DNA of 64,000 nt, from the IMG/VR virus record IMGVR_UViG_3300025138_000014, positions 64,001-128,000 of that record. One strand, written 5' to 3'. This document shows, piece by piece, positions 1-10,729 of this stretch. The notes beneath the pieces were generated by a model. The model did not search any database, was not told the origin of the DNA, and saw nothing but the letters and a program-made list of their open reading frames with translations. Origin of the DNA: a virus. Made by a program: the position numbers and the translations under genes. Numbering within the stretch: the first letter of the stretch is position 1; every line of letters starts with the position of its first letter.

Positions 1-2
1 AA

Positions 3-503
3 CTTGGTAATTTACCTATCTATAAACTACGTTGCGAAATGTTTGAATATTCTGATCAAGACTTTGATACAGGTCTTGACGTTATTCAAGATATTGAAAC
101 ACAAAGATCATACACATTTAATCTTAAACTAGACAGCTCGGGTGGTGGTTGGAGTGTAGGTGAACAAGTAACACAAACCTTAGCAACTGGAGTTATTATG
201 TCGGGGGAAGTTTCCGCTTATAACGATTCAGATAAAATTGTTAGTATTATCCATGCTGGCGCTAACGACGGTAAATATCACCAGTTTGTCACAGGGCTTA
301 ATCTAATCGGAGGCACTGATCTAAGACCAGATCAGCCAGGCACTGATGTACGCAATACAATTAATGTTAATCAAGTAACTGAAAGCCATGGTGATTCTGA
401 TATGAATACATCTGGTGTTTTTCAGAATACTATATTTAAAAATGAAACAACAGGGTTCCTAGACTTTTCGGAGTCTAATCCATTCGGCGAGGTTGATCAA
501 TAA
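3..503 (+). CDS. gp14: Neck protein gp14, 5'-truncated by the window edge
   Basis: Frame is open from base 3 (LGNLPIYKLRCEMFEYS) and ends in DFSESNPFG, both typical of T4-like gp14; lies directly upstream of gp15. Confidence 0.85.
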   Translation, partial: LGNLPIYKLRCEMFEYSDQDFDTGLDVIQDIETQRSYTFNLKLDSSGGGWSVGEQVTQTLATGVIMSGEVSAYNDSDKIVSIIHAGANDGKYHQFVTGLNLIGGTDLRPDQPGTDVRNTINVNQVTESHGDSDMNTSGVFQNTIFKNETTGFLDFSESNPFGEVDQ

Positions 504-1285
504 TGTTTGGAACTTATTTCTACCACCAAAAAATGAGAAAGTGTGTTTCAACATTCGGTTCTCTTTTTAACAATTTATATGTTATTCGTCAAGATGCTAG
601 TGGACAAGTTATTAATACACAAAAAGTACCTCTTGCTTATGCTTCAAGAGAAAAGTTTTTGGAGAGGATTAGAACACATGCAAATTTAGATGATGAGAAT
701 ATAGCAATTAAACTTCCACGTATGTCTTTTGAGATGACGTCAATTATGTATGACTCAACTAGACAACTTAATAAGATGCATAGACAATTAAAAACAGGTG
801 ATGGTCCGACAAAACGTGGTAAAATAAACTCACCAGTTCCATATATTATGATGTTTACATTGAATATATACACCAATACACAAGATGATGCTTTACAGAT
901 TGTAGAACAAATTGTACCATTTTTTAGTCCGCAATATACAGTTACCATGAAACCTTTTGCAGAATATAGTGATGTAAAGGAAGATATTCCTGTAACTCTT
1001 ATGGGAGTCAATTTTACAGACGATGTAGAAGGTTCTATGGAATCAAGAAGAACCATTATGTATACACTAGACTTTGAACTCAAGATGCAGTTTAACGGAC
1101 CGATAAGTACCGATAATAGTATTATTACAAAAACCATTACTGAATTTGAAATTGAGAAAATAGGAACAACTACATTTAGACAAATAATAACTCCAAATCC
1201 AGCTGCTATTCTATATGATTCAGATTATGGATTTGTACGAAATGATTATGACTTTACAGTAAAGATTACAGATGACATCAGTTAA
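503..1285 (+). CDS. gp15: Tail sheath stabiliser/tail terminator gp15
   Basis: MFGTYFYH...FGSLFNN, KVPLAYA, LPRMSFE, QIVEQIVPFF motifs; T4 synteny. Confidence 0.9.
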   Translation: MFGTYFYHQKMRKCVSTFGSLFNNLYVIRQDASGQVINTQKVPLAYASREKFLERIRTHANLDDENIAIKLPRMSFEMTSIMYDSTRQLNKMHRQLKTGDGPTKRGKINSPVPYIMMFTLNIYTNTQDDALQIVEQIVPFFSPQYTVTMKPFAEYSDVKEDIPVTLMGVNFTDDVEGSMESRRTIMYTLDFELKMQFNGPISTDNSIITKTITEFEIEKIGTTTFRQIITPNPAAILYDSDYGFVRNDYDFTVKITDDIS

Positions 1286-1640
1286 TAAAAATATACAAAG
1301 CGATTATGATGAGTCCAAAGAAACTTATAAAGAGTTGATTGAAAAGGGACGAGACGGTATTGAGATGATGATGGAAGTTGCTCGGGAGTCAGAACACCCT
1401 AGAGCATTTGAAGTATTATCAGGCATGATAAAAAATGTTTCAGATGTTAATGATAGATTAATGGATCTGAATAAAAAGATGAAAGACATTACTGGAGAAG
1501 AAAAAGCCGCTCGGATTGAAACAACTAATAATAATGTTTTTATTGGTACATCTACCGATCTACAAAGATTGTTGAAAGATGTTAAAGATAAAGAAACCAT
1601 TGATATAACTCCAGAGGAAAATAATGGAAGCAGTAAATGA
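1272..1640 (+). CDS. gp16: Terminase small subunit gp16
   Basis: ESEHPRAFEV and NNNVFIGTSTDLQRLL motifs; directly upstream of gp17. Confidence 0.9.
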   Translation: MTSVNKNIQSDYDESKETYKELIEKGRDGIEMMMEVARESEHPRAFEVLSGMIKNVSDVNDRLMDLNKKMKDITGEEKAARIETTNNNVFIGTSTDLQRLLKDVKDKETIDITPEENNGSSK

Positions 1641-3225
1641 TGGTTATCTAGGTAATAGCCAAGTAAAAAAAGATGGTGTAATTACTGATTGGACACCTGA
1701 CGCAATTATAGAATATAAAAAATGTATGGGAGATCCCATTTATTTTGCCAAGACTTATTGTAAAGTTATATCTCTTGATAAAGGTCTTGTTAATTTTGAT
1801 CTATATCCATATCAAGAAGATATGTTCAATCACTTCCATAATAACAGATTCTCAATAGTTCTTGCTTGTAGACAGTCTGGTAAATCTATCTCATCTGTTG
1901 CTTATTTACTTTGGTATGCTATATTTAATTCAGAAAAAGTTGTCGCTGTTTTAGCCAACAAAGGCGCTACTGCAAGAGAGATGTTAGCTAGGGTTACACT
2001 TATGCTAGAAAATCTACCTTACTTTCTGCAGCCTGGTACAAAAGTATTAAACAAAGGTTCAATCGAGTTTAGTAATAATTCAAAGATTGTTGCTTCGGCA
2101 ACTTCTGGTTCTTCTATTCGTGGTCTATCTATCTCATTATTGTTTTTGGATGAGTTTGCTTTTATTGAGAATGATGCCACTTTTTACACATCTACATATC
2201 CAGTTATTTCATCAGGTAAAGATACCAGAATTATTATAACATCTACAGCTAACGGTATCGGTAATGTCTTTGAGAAAATTTGGTCTGGTGCGGTTCAAGG
2301 TGTTAATGATTATAAACCCTACAGAGTAGATTGGTGGGACGTTCCTGGTCGAGATGATAAGTGGAAACAGGAGACTATTAACAACACGTCTCAACTTCAG
2401 TTTGATCAAGAGTTTGGAAATACATTCTTTGGTACCGGAGATACACTTATTAATGCTGAGACATTAATGAATTTAAGAGCAGCTGCACCAATACACGTAA
2501 TTGGCGATGTTAAAGTATATCACGATGTTAAACCAGGCCATGATTATGTCATGGTAGTTGATGTTGCGAAGGGAAGAGGCCAGGACTATTCTACGTTTAA
2601 CGTGATCGATATTACCACCAGGCCATTTAGGCAAGTGGCCGTTTATCGCAATAATCTTATCTCTCCAATCCTCTTCCCTGATATTATATATAAGTATGCA
2701 AATGTGTACAACGAAGCATATGTTATAGTTGAATCGAATGACCAAGGATCAGTTGTTTGTAATGGACTATATCACGAAATGGAATATGAAAACTTACACG
2801 TTGAGTCTGCTATTAAAGCAAATGCTCTTGGCGTTGAAATGTCCAGAAAGATAAAAAGGATTGGTTGTTCAGCATTTAAAGATGTTCTGGAAACAGGCAG
2901 ACTAGAGATTGTAGATGAGCAAACTATTTTGGAAATTTCTACATTTGAGGCTAGTGGTTCTTCATATTCAGCATCTAATGGTAACCATGACGACTTAGTT
3001 ATGAACTTTGTTTTATTTGGTCACTTTATCGGTTCAATGGTTTTCACCGATATGACTGATATTAATCTTAAAGATATGCTATTTAATCAACAAATGAAAG
3101 CCATATATGATGATATTTTACCATTAGGTATTATTGATAACGGTTTAGAACATGAAGTTGCAGCAATAGATCCGGGTAAGGGTAATTGGTCTATAGAAAA
3201 AGACTGGCGGAATGATGGGTTTTAA
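1624..3225 (+). CDS. gp17: Terminase large subunit gp17
   Basis: Walker A RQSGKS, Walker B FLDEFAF, ITSTANG, nuclease VDVAKGRGQDYS and HDDLVM. Confidence 0.97.
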   Translation: MEAVNDGYLGNSQVKKDGVITDWTPDAIIEYKKCMGDPIYFAKTYCKVISLDKGLVNFDLYPYQEDMFNHFHNNRFSIVLACRQSGKSISSVAYLLWYAIFNSEKVVAVLANKGATAREMLARVTLMLENLPYFLQPGTKVLNKGSIEFSNNSKIVASATSGSSIRGLSISLLFLDEFAFIENDATFYTSTYPVISSGKDTRIIITSTANGIGNVFEKIWSGAVQGVNDYKPYRVDWWDVPGRDDKWKQETINNTSQLQFDQEFGNTFFGTGDTLINAETLMNLRAAAPIHVIGDVKVYHDVKPGHDYVMVVDVAKGRGQDYSTFNVIDITTRPFRQVAVYRNNLISPILFPDIIYKYANVYNEAYVIVESNDQGSVVCNGLYHEMEYENLHVESAIKANALGVEMSRKIKRIGCSAFKDVLETGRLEIVDEQTILEISTFEASGSSYSASNGNHDDLVMNFVLFGHFIGSMVFTDMTDINLKDMLFNQQMKAIYDDILPLGIIDNGLEHEVAAIDPGKGNWSIEKDWRNDGF

Positions 3226-3230
3226 AATCT

Positions 3231-3238
3231 TATAAATA
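3231..3238 (+). promoter_or_regulatory. T4-type late promoter for gp18-gp19
   Basis: Exact TATAAATA in the intergenic gap; gp55 is encoded in the window. Confidence 0.8.
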
Positions 3239-3296
3239 AAGATAATAATTGAAAATTCGTATTATGAATCCGCATATTAACTAAAGGAACACAAAT

Positions 3297-5021
3297 ATGG
3301 CTATTGGAACACCCTCCCAATCACCAGCTATTATCGTCAAAGAGATTGACTTATCGGGTGTAGTACCCAATGTTCAATCTACTACAGGCGCAATAGTTGG
3401 TAATTTCCGTTGGGGTCCTATCGGAGAAAGAGTTAGAATTGGTTCAGAAACCTCTCTTGCTGCTGCATTCGGTAACCCTGATTTAGACAACACAATCGAC
3501 TTTCACTCTGCCGCTTATTATCTAAGATATTCAAGCGACTTGTTTGTTACACGTGAAGCAACCACCGCTGCGATTAATGCGCACTCATCTTTTGCTACCG
3601 GAACAAACCCACTAATTAAAAACAGAGCTGACTTTGATGCCAAGATGGCATCTCTGGAATCAGACGGTCACACATTTATTGCTAAATGGGCCGGAACAGC
3701 AGGTAACGGACTTAGAGTTTCCGTATGCCCATCAGATACAACACAGTTTAACAGCTGGGCTTATAACTCATCTTTTGATAGAGCACCAGGTTCATCGGCC
3801 TTTGCAACAGATCGTGGCGCTTCGGACGACGAAGTACACATTGCAGTCATTGATGAAAATGCACAATTTGGTCCAAAAGATGCTGTTCTTGAAATATTCC
3901 CTCACGTATCTATTACAAAAGATGCAAAGAATGCAGATGGTTCATCTAACTTCCTCAGAGACGTTGTAAACAACGGATCTAACTATGTTTGGTGTGCAGG
4001 CTTTGATGCAGCTTATACTACAGCTGGAGCAAACACTACTACTGATTCTGGAGACGATTTCAGTCTAGCATCCCCTGCAGTTATAAACTATGACATGGTT
4101 ACAGGCGAAAACTCTGCTACCTTAACACCTAGTGAATATGCAACTGGATTTGATATTTACGAAGATGCAGATACAGTACAAGTTGACTTCTTAATTGCAC
4201 CTGGTATGAATGCTTCCGGTGATCAGGCTACAGTTACAAATGATCTAGTTGCGATTGCATCAGCACGTAAAGATTGTTTAGTTGTTTCTTCTCCTAACAG
4301 AGCAGCTGTTGTTGGAGTTAATAATCCAGCTACTATTACAAATAATGTAACAACTACTGCGAACACATTTACATTCAAGAACAACCTGGTAGTTGATAAT
4401 AACTATCTAAAAGTTTACGATAAGTATAATGATCAATATATTAAAATTGCTGCTTCATCATCCACTGCCGGTATTATGGCGGCTGCAGATGCTAATGCTG
4501 CTCCATGGGTTTCACCAGCTGGTGCAAGGCGTGGTAATTATTTGGGTATTACTTCAATTGAATATAGCCCAAACAAAACTCAGCGTGATACATTGTATAA
4601 AGCAGGCATAAACCCAATTTCAAATATCCCAGGTCAAGGTGTTTTACTCTTCGGAGATAAGACTCACGAATCAAGACCATCAGCTTTCGATAGGATTAAC
4701 GTCCGAAGACTGTTCTTTGTACTAGAAAGAGCAATTGCAGAAGCCGCTAAAAATGTTATGTTTGAGTTGAACGATGAGTTTACCAGAGCAGAATTTACTA
4801 ATATCGTCGAACCATTCCTAAGGGAAGTTAAGGGCCGACGTGGTATTACAGATTTCAGAGTTGTTTGTGACGAAACAAATAACACTGCTAATATCATCGA
4901 CACTAACCAATTTGTTGCGACAATCTTCATTAAGCCCGCACGTTCTATTAACTTTATCACATTGAACTTTGTGGCAGTTAGAAGTGGCGTTGAGTTTGAA
5001 GAAGTTGTTGGAACTGTATAA
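3297..5021 (+). CDS. gp18: Tail sheath protein gp18
   Basis: SPAIIVKEIDLS, FRWGP, PWVSPAGARRG, FDRINVRRLF, VVCDETNNT, IKPARSINFITLNF. Confidence 0.97.
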   Translation: MAIGTPSQSPAIIVKEIDLSGVVPNVQSTTGAIVGNFRWGPIGERVRIGSETSLAAAFGNPDLDNTIDFHSAAYYLRYSSDLFVTREATTAAINAHSSFATGTNPLIKNRADFDAKMASLESDGHTFIAKWAGTAGNGLRVSVCPSDTTQFNSWAYNSSFDRAPGSSAFATDRGASDDEVHIAVIDENAQFGPKDAVLEIFPHVSITKDAKNADGSSNFLRDVVNNGSNYVWCAGFDAAYTTAGANTTTDSGDDFSLASPAVINYDMVTGENSATLTPSEYATGFDIYEDADTVQVDFLIAPGMNASGDQATVTNDLVAIASARKDCLVVSSPNRAAVVGVNNPATITNNVTTTANTFTFKNNLVVDNNYLKVYDKYNDQYIKIAASSSTAGIMAAADANAAPWVSPAGARRGNYLGITSIEYSPNKTQRDTLYKAGINPISNIPGQGVLLFGDKTHESRPSAFDRINVRRLFFVLERAIAEAAKNVMFELNDEFTRAEFTNIVEPFLREVKGRRGITDFRVVCDETNNTANIIDTNQFVATIFIKPARSINFITLNFVAVRSGVEFEEVVGTV

Positions 5022-5042
5022 TAGCGCGGAAAGGGAAATAAA

Positions 5043-5570
5043 ATGGCTATTTTAGGCGTAGACGATTTCAAAGCCAAGCTAGCTGGCGGAGGCGCAAGAC
5101 CGAATCTTTTTAAAGTAACGGTCAACTTTCCAGCTTATGCAGGCGGAGATGTCGAGAACACATCTTTTATGTGTAAAGGAGCCCAGTTACCGGGCTCAAC
5201 GATTGCACCAATCGCGGTACCATTCCGCGGTCGGTTCTTAAATATTGCAGGTGATAGAACATTCGAACCATGGACTGTATCAATTATTAATGATACAGAT
5301 TTCAAAACTAGAGATGCTATGGAAAGATGGATGAACGGGATGAACGGACACAGTACAAATACTGGTCTAGTAAACCCCAGCGATTACCAAGCCGATATGA
5401 TTGTAGATCAATTGGATCGTGATGAGAGTGTTCTCAAGCGATATAACTTTAGAGGCGCTTTCCCTACGAATGTTGCTCCTATTGATCTTAACTATGAGAC
5501 TACAGGTGCTATTGAGGAATTCACTGTTGAATTCCAAATCCAGTACTGGGAATCAAATACCACTTCCTAA
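5043..5570 (+). CDS. gp19: Tail tube protein gp19
   Basis: GGARPNLF, FRGR..IAGDRTFEPW, IEEFTVEFQ; synteny. Confidence 0.95.
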   Translation: MAILGVDDFKAKLAGGGARPNLFKVTVNFPAYAGGDVENTSFMCKGAQLPGSTIAPIAVPFRGRFLNIAGDRTFEPWTVSIINDTDFKTRDAMERWMNGMNGHSTNTGLVNPSDYQADMIVDQLDRDESVLKRYNFRGAFPTNVAPIDLNYETTGAIEEFTVEFQIQYWESNTTS

Positions 5571-5576
5571 AGTGAG

Positions 5577-5614
5577 TATAAATAAAATGGTAGAGGGATT
5601 AATTTTCCTCTACC
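5577..5614 (+). promoter_or_regulatory. Late promoter TATAAATA (5577-5584) followed by a stem-loop (5589-5614) upstream of portal
   Basis: TATAAATA, then GGTAGAGGGA-ttaatt-TTCCTCTACC inverted repeat. Confidence 0.7.
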
Positions 5615-5639
5615 TAACTTTAAAATTTGGATGTTTAAA

Positions 5640-7199
5640 ATGGCAGAAGAAAAAGGCGTGAAACTATTTGGATTTGAAATCCGAAAAGCCAATAAAGAAA
5701 AAAAAGTAAAGCTCGACTCGATAGTTCCGCCCACAGATGATGATGGAGCGGGTTATGTAACTGCATCAGGTTCACACTTTGGTCAATATATAAACCTAGA
5801 CGGTGACAATGCTAAAGATAATGCTCAGCTAATTAGACAATATCGTGGTGTATCAATGCACCCTGAAGTAGATGCTGCAGTAGAAGATATTACAAATGAA
5901 GCAATTGTGACACAAGATGACCGTGCTTCATTAGAATTAAACTTAGATAATGTAGATGTTTCTGATAAAATTAAAAAGACTATGAACGATGAATTTAAAA
6001 ATATTCTTGGTATGCTTAGATTCAACGATAATGGCCATGATATATTTAGGCGTTGGTATGTTGACGGAAGAATTTTTCACCACTTGGTTGTAGATGAAAG
6101 TAATCCTAAGCTAGGTATCAGAGAGATTAGACACATTGATGCTGCTAAAATCAGAAAAGTAAAAGAGATTAAATCCAAAAAAGATGCAGACACTGGTACT
6201 ACAATTATTGAGAATGTAAAAGAACATTACATCTATCAAGAGAAACCTGGGTCTCACACAGGTGGTGTGAAGATGACCGAGGATTCCATCAGTTATGTAA
6301 CATCTGGTCTATTGGATGAAACACGTAAGAAAGTTGTTTCATATTTACATAAAGCATTAAAGCCGATTAACCAATTGCGAATGATGGAAGACTCATTAGT
6401 CATCTATAGACTTGCAAGGGCTCCAGAGCGTAGAATTTTTTATATTGATGTTGGTAACTTACCACGTGGTAAAGCCGAAGAATACATGAAAAACATTATG
6501 ACTAAGTATCGTAACAAATTAGTTTATGATGCATCTACTGGACAGCTTAAAGATGATCGTAAGCATATGTCGATGCTGGAAGATTTCTGGTTACCAAGAC
6601 GTGAAGGCGGTAGAGGAACAGAAATTTCTACTCTCCCTGGTGGTGAAAATCTTGGACAGATAGATGATATTGTTTACTTCCAGAAACGTCTATATAGGTC
6701 ATTAAATGTTCCTGTTCAAAGATTAGAGCAAGAACAACCAATGATGGGTATTGGTAGATCACAGGAAGTAAATAGAGACGAGTTAAAATTTCAGAAATTT
6801 ATTGACCGTTTACGGCGTAGATTTGCTCAGCTATTTTTAGAAGTTCTGAGAAAGCAGTTAATACTTAAAGGTATTATTACAGACGAAGATTGGAAAAGTT
6901 GGACGACAGATATTATTGTTGATTTCATCAGCGATAATAACTTTTCTGAATTAAGAGATGCTGAAATGTTGAGGGAAAGATTACAAACCCTTGATATGAC
7001 ACAGCAGTATATAGGCGAATTTTATTCTAAGGAATGGGTTTGGAAGCATGTTCTTAACTTAACAGATGAAGATATTAAGAATATGAAGAAAGAGATTGCT
7101 CAAGAAAGCGCCAATGGAGAAATTGATAATGAAGATGATGATAATGATAAACAACCGGTTGCTAAAAAACCAAAAGGAGTAAATGATGGAAATGAATAG
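5640..7199 (+). CDS. gp20: Portal vertex protein gp20
   Basis: LFGFEI, WYVDGR, LVIYRLARAPERRIFYIDVGNLP, EDFWLPRREGGRGTEISTLPGG. Confidence 0.97.
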   Translation: MAEEKGVKLFGFEIRKANKEKKVKLDSIVPPTDDDGAGYVTASGSHFGQYINLDGDNAKDNAQLIRQYRGVSMHPEVDAAVEDITNEAIVTQDDRASLELNLDNVDVSDKIKKTMNDEFKNILGMLRFNDNGHDIFRRWYVDGRIFHHLVVDESNPKLGIREIRHIDAAKIRKVKEIKSKKDADTGTTIIENVKEHYIYQEKPGSHTGGVKMTEDSISYVTSGLLDETRKKVVSYLHKALKPINQLRMMEDSLVIYRLARAPERRIFYIDVGNLPRGKAEEYMKNIMTKYRNKLVYDASTGQLKDDRKHMSMLEDFWLPRREGGRGTEISTLPGGENLGQIDDIVYFQKRLYRSLNVPVQRLEQEQPMMGIGRSQEVNRDELKFQKFIDRLRRRFAQLFLEVLRKQLILKGIITDEDWKSWTTDIIVDFISDNNFSELRDAEMLRERLQTLDMTQQYIGEFYSKEWVWKHVLNLTDEDIKNMKKEIAQESANGEIDNEDDDNDKQPVAKKPKGVNDGNE

Positions 7200-7404
7200 A
7201 ACTATTGAAGACTTTATTAATGCCATTGGCCAAGATGACTATGCTAAAGCAGAACCTGTTTTTAATGATTTAATGTCAGGGAAGATTGAGACAGCTTTAG
7301 ATGCACAGAAAATTGACGTAGCAGACAAGATATATAATGGTGTTGAAGACGAAGAGCCAGAAGCCATTGAAGCTGAAGAAGCTGAAGATGAAGAAACCTC
7401 TTAA
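7183..7404 (+). CDS. Prohead core protein (gp67-like)
   Basis: Small protein with acidic C-terminus between gp20 and gp21. Confidence 0.6.
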   Translation: MMEMNRTIEDFINAIGQDDYAKAEPVFNDLMSGKIETALDAQKIDVADKIYNGVEDEEPEAIEAEEAEDEETS

Positions 7405-7416
7405 AATATTAACACT

Positions 7417-7424
7417 TATAAATA
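7417..7424 (+). promoter_or_regulatory. Late promoter
   Basis: Exact TATAAATA, intergenic. Confidence 0.8.
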
Positions 7425-7446
7425 TATCTAAAGTCAAAGGATCAAC

Positions 7447-7671
7447 ATGAAAACTTTTAAACATATACGAGAAGCAAGAATATCTGGCATGCCGCCAGGT
7501 GATCACGTTTTCGATACAAAGGTTAAAGGTGTTGAGATAATGGTACACAAGGGTAATGATAAAAAGAATCCTTATATCACTTATGTCGATAAAGAAATGT
7601 TAGATAAATTTGCAGATTTAAAAAGTGCGAAGGCAGCTGGTTTAGAGTTTGTCAAGCAGTCGAAAGGATAA
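7447..7671 (+). CDS. Prohead core/internal protein (gp68 position) with capsid-targeting-like N-terminus
   Basis: N-terminus MKTFKHIRE resembles T4 internal-protein leaders; located between gp67-like and gp21. Confidence 0.55.
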   Translation: MKTFKHIREARISGMPPGDHVFDTKVKGVEIMVHKGNDKKNPYITYVDKEMLDKFADLKSAKAAGLEFVKQSKG

Positions 7672-7677
7672 TATACA

Positions 7678-8340
7678 ATGAAGTTTATGGTGGAATCAAT
7701 TGATAACGAACTAGAAGTTATCACTGAAGCTAAAGAGAATGGAGAAAAGTCCTATTCTATTAGCGGTATCTTCGCCATGGCCGAAGGTGTAAATAAGAAT
7801 AAGCGTTCATATCCGAAGCCTATTATGGAAAAGGCAGTTCAGAGATATGTAGACGAACAGATAAAAACCAAAAGAAGTGTTGGAGAGTTAAATCACCCTG
7901 CGGGGCCAACAGTTAATTTGGATAAAGTATCCCATCTAATTACCGAACTCAAATGGTCTGGTAATAATGTGATGGGTAAGGCACAAATATTGGATACTCC
8001 GATGGGTAAAATCGTAAAAGGTTTGCTTGACGGTGGTGTACAACTTGGAGTGTCAACTCGTGGTATGGGTAGCCTCGAGCAGAGAAACGGCGTAAGTTAT
8101 GTAAAAGATGACTTTCTTCTTAACACGGTTGATATCGTGCAAGATCCATCAGCACCAAATGCTTTTGTAAATGGAATTATGGAAGGTGTGGATTGGGTTT
8201 GGAATAACGGCGTTATCGAAGCAAGAGAAATTGAAAGAATGGAGACTGAAATAAAGAAGGCTCCGCGTGCTGACCTCTATGAGGCTCAAACACGTGAGTT
8301 TAAGAATTTCCTCTCGTTGCTCAAAAACAAGAAAATGTAA
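7678..8340 (+). CDS. gp21: Prohead protease gp21
   Basis: NKNKRSYP, GELNHP, VSHLI, GVSTRGMGS, DIVQDPSAPNAFV. Confidence 0.95.
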   Translation: MKFMVESIDNELEVITEAKENGEKSYSISGIFAMAEGVNKNKRSYPKPIMEKAVQRYVDEQIKTKRSVGELNHPAGPTVNLDKVSHLITELKWSGNNVMGKAQILDTPMGKIVKGLLDGGVQLGVSTRGMGSLEQRNGVSYVKDDFLLNTVDIVQDPSAPNAFVNGIMEGVDWVWNNGVIEAREIERMETEIKKAPRADLYEAQTREFKNFLSLLKNKKM

Positions 8341-8350
8341 AGGAGTCACA

Positions 8351-9370
8351 ATGACTGACGAAAATCAGATCGCTGATACAGAACTCCATGACGAGGACGT
8401 TATGGAAGGTTCAGTAGATCCAAAAAATGCAGAACAAGCTTCGGTTGCTTCGGTGGATAAAGCCGCAGACGCAACTAAAAAAGCTACGCCTCCAAAGACT
8501 AAAGCAGCTATGATTAATGCTATGTACGGTAAATTGCACAGCATGAATAAAACTCAGTTGTCTGCCGCTTACAATGGTATGCATTCTGAAGATGTAGATG
8601 TTGATGAAGATATGGCAGAAATTGCAGAAGCACCTGAAGTAGATTATAACTACAACGGTGAATTGCAATCTGTTATGGAATCAGAAGCAACTCTATCAGA
8701 AGAGTTTAAAGAAAAAACTGCAGTAATCTTTGAAATGGCGCTAAAAAGCACACTTGCAGAGAAAATCACTTCACTGGAAGAAAATTATGCAACCGAACTA
8801 GCAGAAGAGATTGAACAACATCAATCTGCCATGGTAGAGAAAGTTGACGGCTACCTCAATTATGTCGTAGAAAATTGGATGGAAGAAAATAAAGTTGCCA
8901 TCCAGCAAGGACTACGCACAGAAATCGCAGAAGGTTTTATGGACAAACTTAAAGATGTATTCACAGAATCATACATCGCAGTTCCAGAAGGCAAAGTTGA
9001 TCTACTTGACGAACTCTCCGAGCAAGTCACAGACCTAGAAACAGCTTTGAATGAAAGAACAACTGAAGTCTTGCAAAGCCATGAGTTGCTAGAAAACTAT
9101 GCACGAAACGAAGTAATTCGTGAAGCATCAGTTGATCTAGTTGAAACCCAAGTTGAAAAACTGGCAGCTCTTGTAGAGAATATTGACTTTGATGATATCG
9201 AATCTTTCACCAAGAAAGTCGCTATTGTTAAGGAAACTCACTTCTCCCCAGAAGCAGTCGAATCACCAATTACTGAAGATGTAGATGTTGATCAGCCTGA
9301 AGAAATCGCAGAAAAAGTTAGCGATCAAATGGCCCAGTATCTTACAGCTATCAGAAGTCAAACAAAATAA
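8351..9370 (+). CDS. gp22: Prohead scaffold gp22
   Basis: Acidic coiled coil, LSEEFKEK..IFE, YLNYVVENW, MAQYLTAI; AGGAG SD before ATG 8351. Confidence 0.9.
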   Translation: MTDENQIADTELHDEDVMEGSVDPKNAEQASVASVDKAADATKKATPPKTKAAMINAMYGKLHSMNKTQLSAAYNGMHSEDVDVDEDMAEIAEAPEVDYNYNGELQSVMESEATLSEEFKEKTAVIFEMALKSTLAEKITSLEENYATELAEEIEQHQSAMVEKVDGYLNYVVENWMEENKVAIQQGLRTEIAEGFMDKLKDVFTESYIAVPEGKVDLLDELSEQVTDLETALNERTTEVLQSHELLENYARNEVIREASVDLVETQVEKLAALVENIDFDDIESFTKKVAIVKETHFSPEAVESPITEDVDVDQPEEIAEKVSDQMAQYLTAIRSQTK

Positions 9371-9386
9371 AGAAGGATCCTATTAA

Positions 9387-10703
9387 ATGGAAATGCAATC
9401 TTACGATACACTCGTAGAAAAGTGGGCACCGGTTCTGAATGAAGAATCAGCCGGAAATATCGGTGACCGTCATAAAGTAGCTGTAACAGCTGCTCTCTTG
9501 GAGAATACTGAAAAAGCACTGCGCGAAGAGCGTTCTTTGACAGAAGCTGCTCCAACTAACTCTAACGCAGGCGTAAACAACTGGGATCCAATCTTGATCT
9601 CCCTAGTCCGTCGTGCAGCACCAAACTTGGTAGCATATGAACTAGCAGGCGTTCAGCCTATGTCTGGTCCAACTGGTCTTATCTTTGCGATGAAATCACG
9701 TTACACTAGCATGAGTGGAACAGAAGCATTGTTCAACGAAGCAGACACTAAGTTCTCTGGAACTCAGAACGATGCAGGAAACGGCGCAGCAGGTCCATCG
9801 GGCTTGAGTGTTACTAATGCTAACTCTGCTCACACAATCGACTCTGACCGTGCAGTAGACATCTTCGGTAATGCAATGGCTACCGACTCGGCAGAAGCAC
9901 TTGGATCATCTGGTTCAACTGACTTTGCAGAGATGGGTTTCAGCATTGAAAAGCAGACTGTTACTGCTAAGTCACGTGCTCTGAAAGCAGAATATTCGCT
10001 TGAACTCGCACAAGACTTGAAAGCAATCCACGGTTTGGATGCAGAAACAGAACTTGCGAATATCCTTTCAACTGAAATTCTTGCAGAGATTAACCGCGAA
10101 GTAATTCGTACAATTAACTCACAAGCTAAAACAGGTTGTTTACAAGCTAACGTAACTACTGATGGTATCTTCGATCTTTCAACAGACGCAGACGGCCGTT
10201 GGAGCGTAGAGAAATTCAAAGGTCTCGTTGTACAACTTGAGCGTGAAGCTAACGTAATTGCTAAAGAAACACGTCGCGGCAAAGGTAACATCATGGTATG
10301 TTCATCTGACGTTGCGTCTGCTCTTTCTGCAGCTTCTATGTTGGATTACTCTCCAAGCCTGAGCACAGGTCTGAACGTAGACGATACAGGCAACTTGTTT
10401 GCAGGTACTTTGAACGGTCGCATGAAAGTCTATATTGACCCATATGCAACTGTAGACTATGTAACAGTCGGCTACAAGGGTTCTAACCCATATGATGCTG
10501 GTGTGTTCTATTGCCCATACGTGCCGCTTACAATGATGCGTGCCGTAAGTGAAAATACTTTCCAGCCTAAGATTGGCTTTAAGACCCGTTACGGAATGGT
10601 AGCCAACCCATTCGTGCCAGGTGCTATCGCAGCTAACGGTCTTGGTACTGCTAAGTCTAACCAGTATTACAGAATCTTCCGTGTTGATAACATTCTCGAC
10701 TAA
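9387..10703 (+). CDS. gp23: Major capsid protein gp23
   Basis: KWAPVL, GVQPMSGPTGLIFAM, KSRALKAEYSLELAQDLKAIHGLDAE, FYCPYVPL, FQPKIGFKTRYG. Confidence 0.98.
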   Translation: MEMQSYDTLVEKWAPVLNEESAGNIGDRHKVAVTAALLENTEKALREERSLTEAAPTNSNAGVNNWDPILISLVRRAAPNLVAYELAGVQPMSGPTGLIFAMKSRYTSMSGTEALFNEADTKFSGTQNDAGNGAAGPSGLSVTNANSAHTIDSDRAVDIFGNAMATDSAEALGSSGSTDFAEMGFSIEKQTVTAKSRALKAEYSLELAQDLKAIHGLDAETELANILSTEILAEINREVIRTINSQAKTGCLQANVTTDGIFDLSTDADGRWSVEKFKGLVVQLEREANVIAKETRRGKGNIMVCSSDVASALSAASMLDYSPSLSTGLNVDDTGNLFAGTLNGRMKVYIDPYATVDYVTVGYKGSNPYDAGVFYCPYVPLTMMRAVSENTFQPKIGFKTRYGMVANPFVPGAIAANGLGTAKSNQYYRIFRVDNILD

Positions 10704-10729
10704 ACGGAAATAAACATAACTACTACCTT

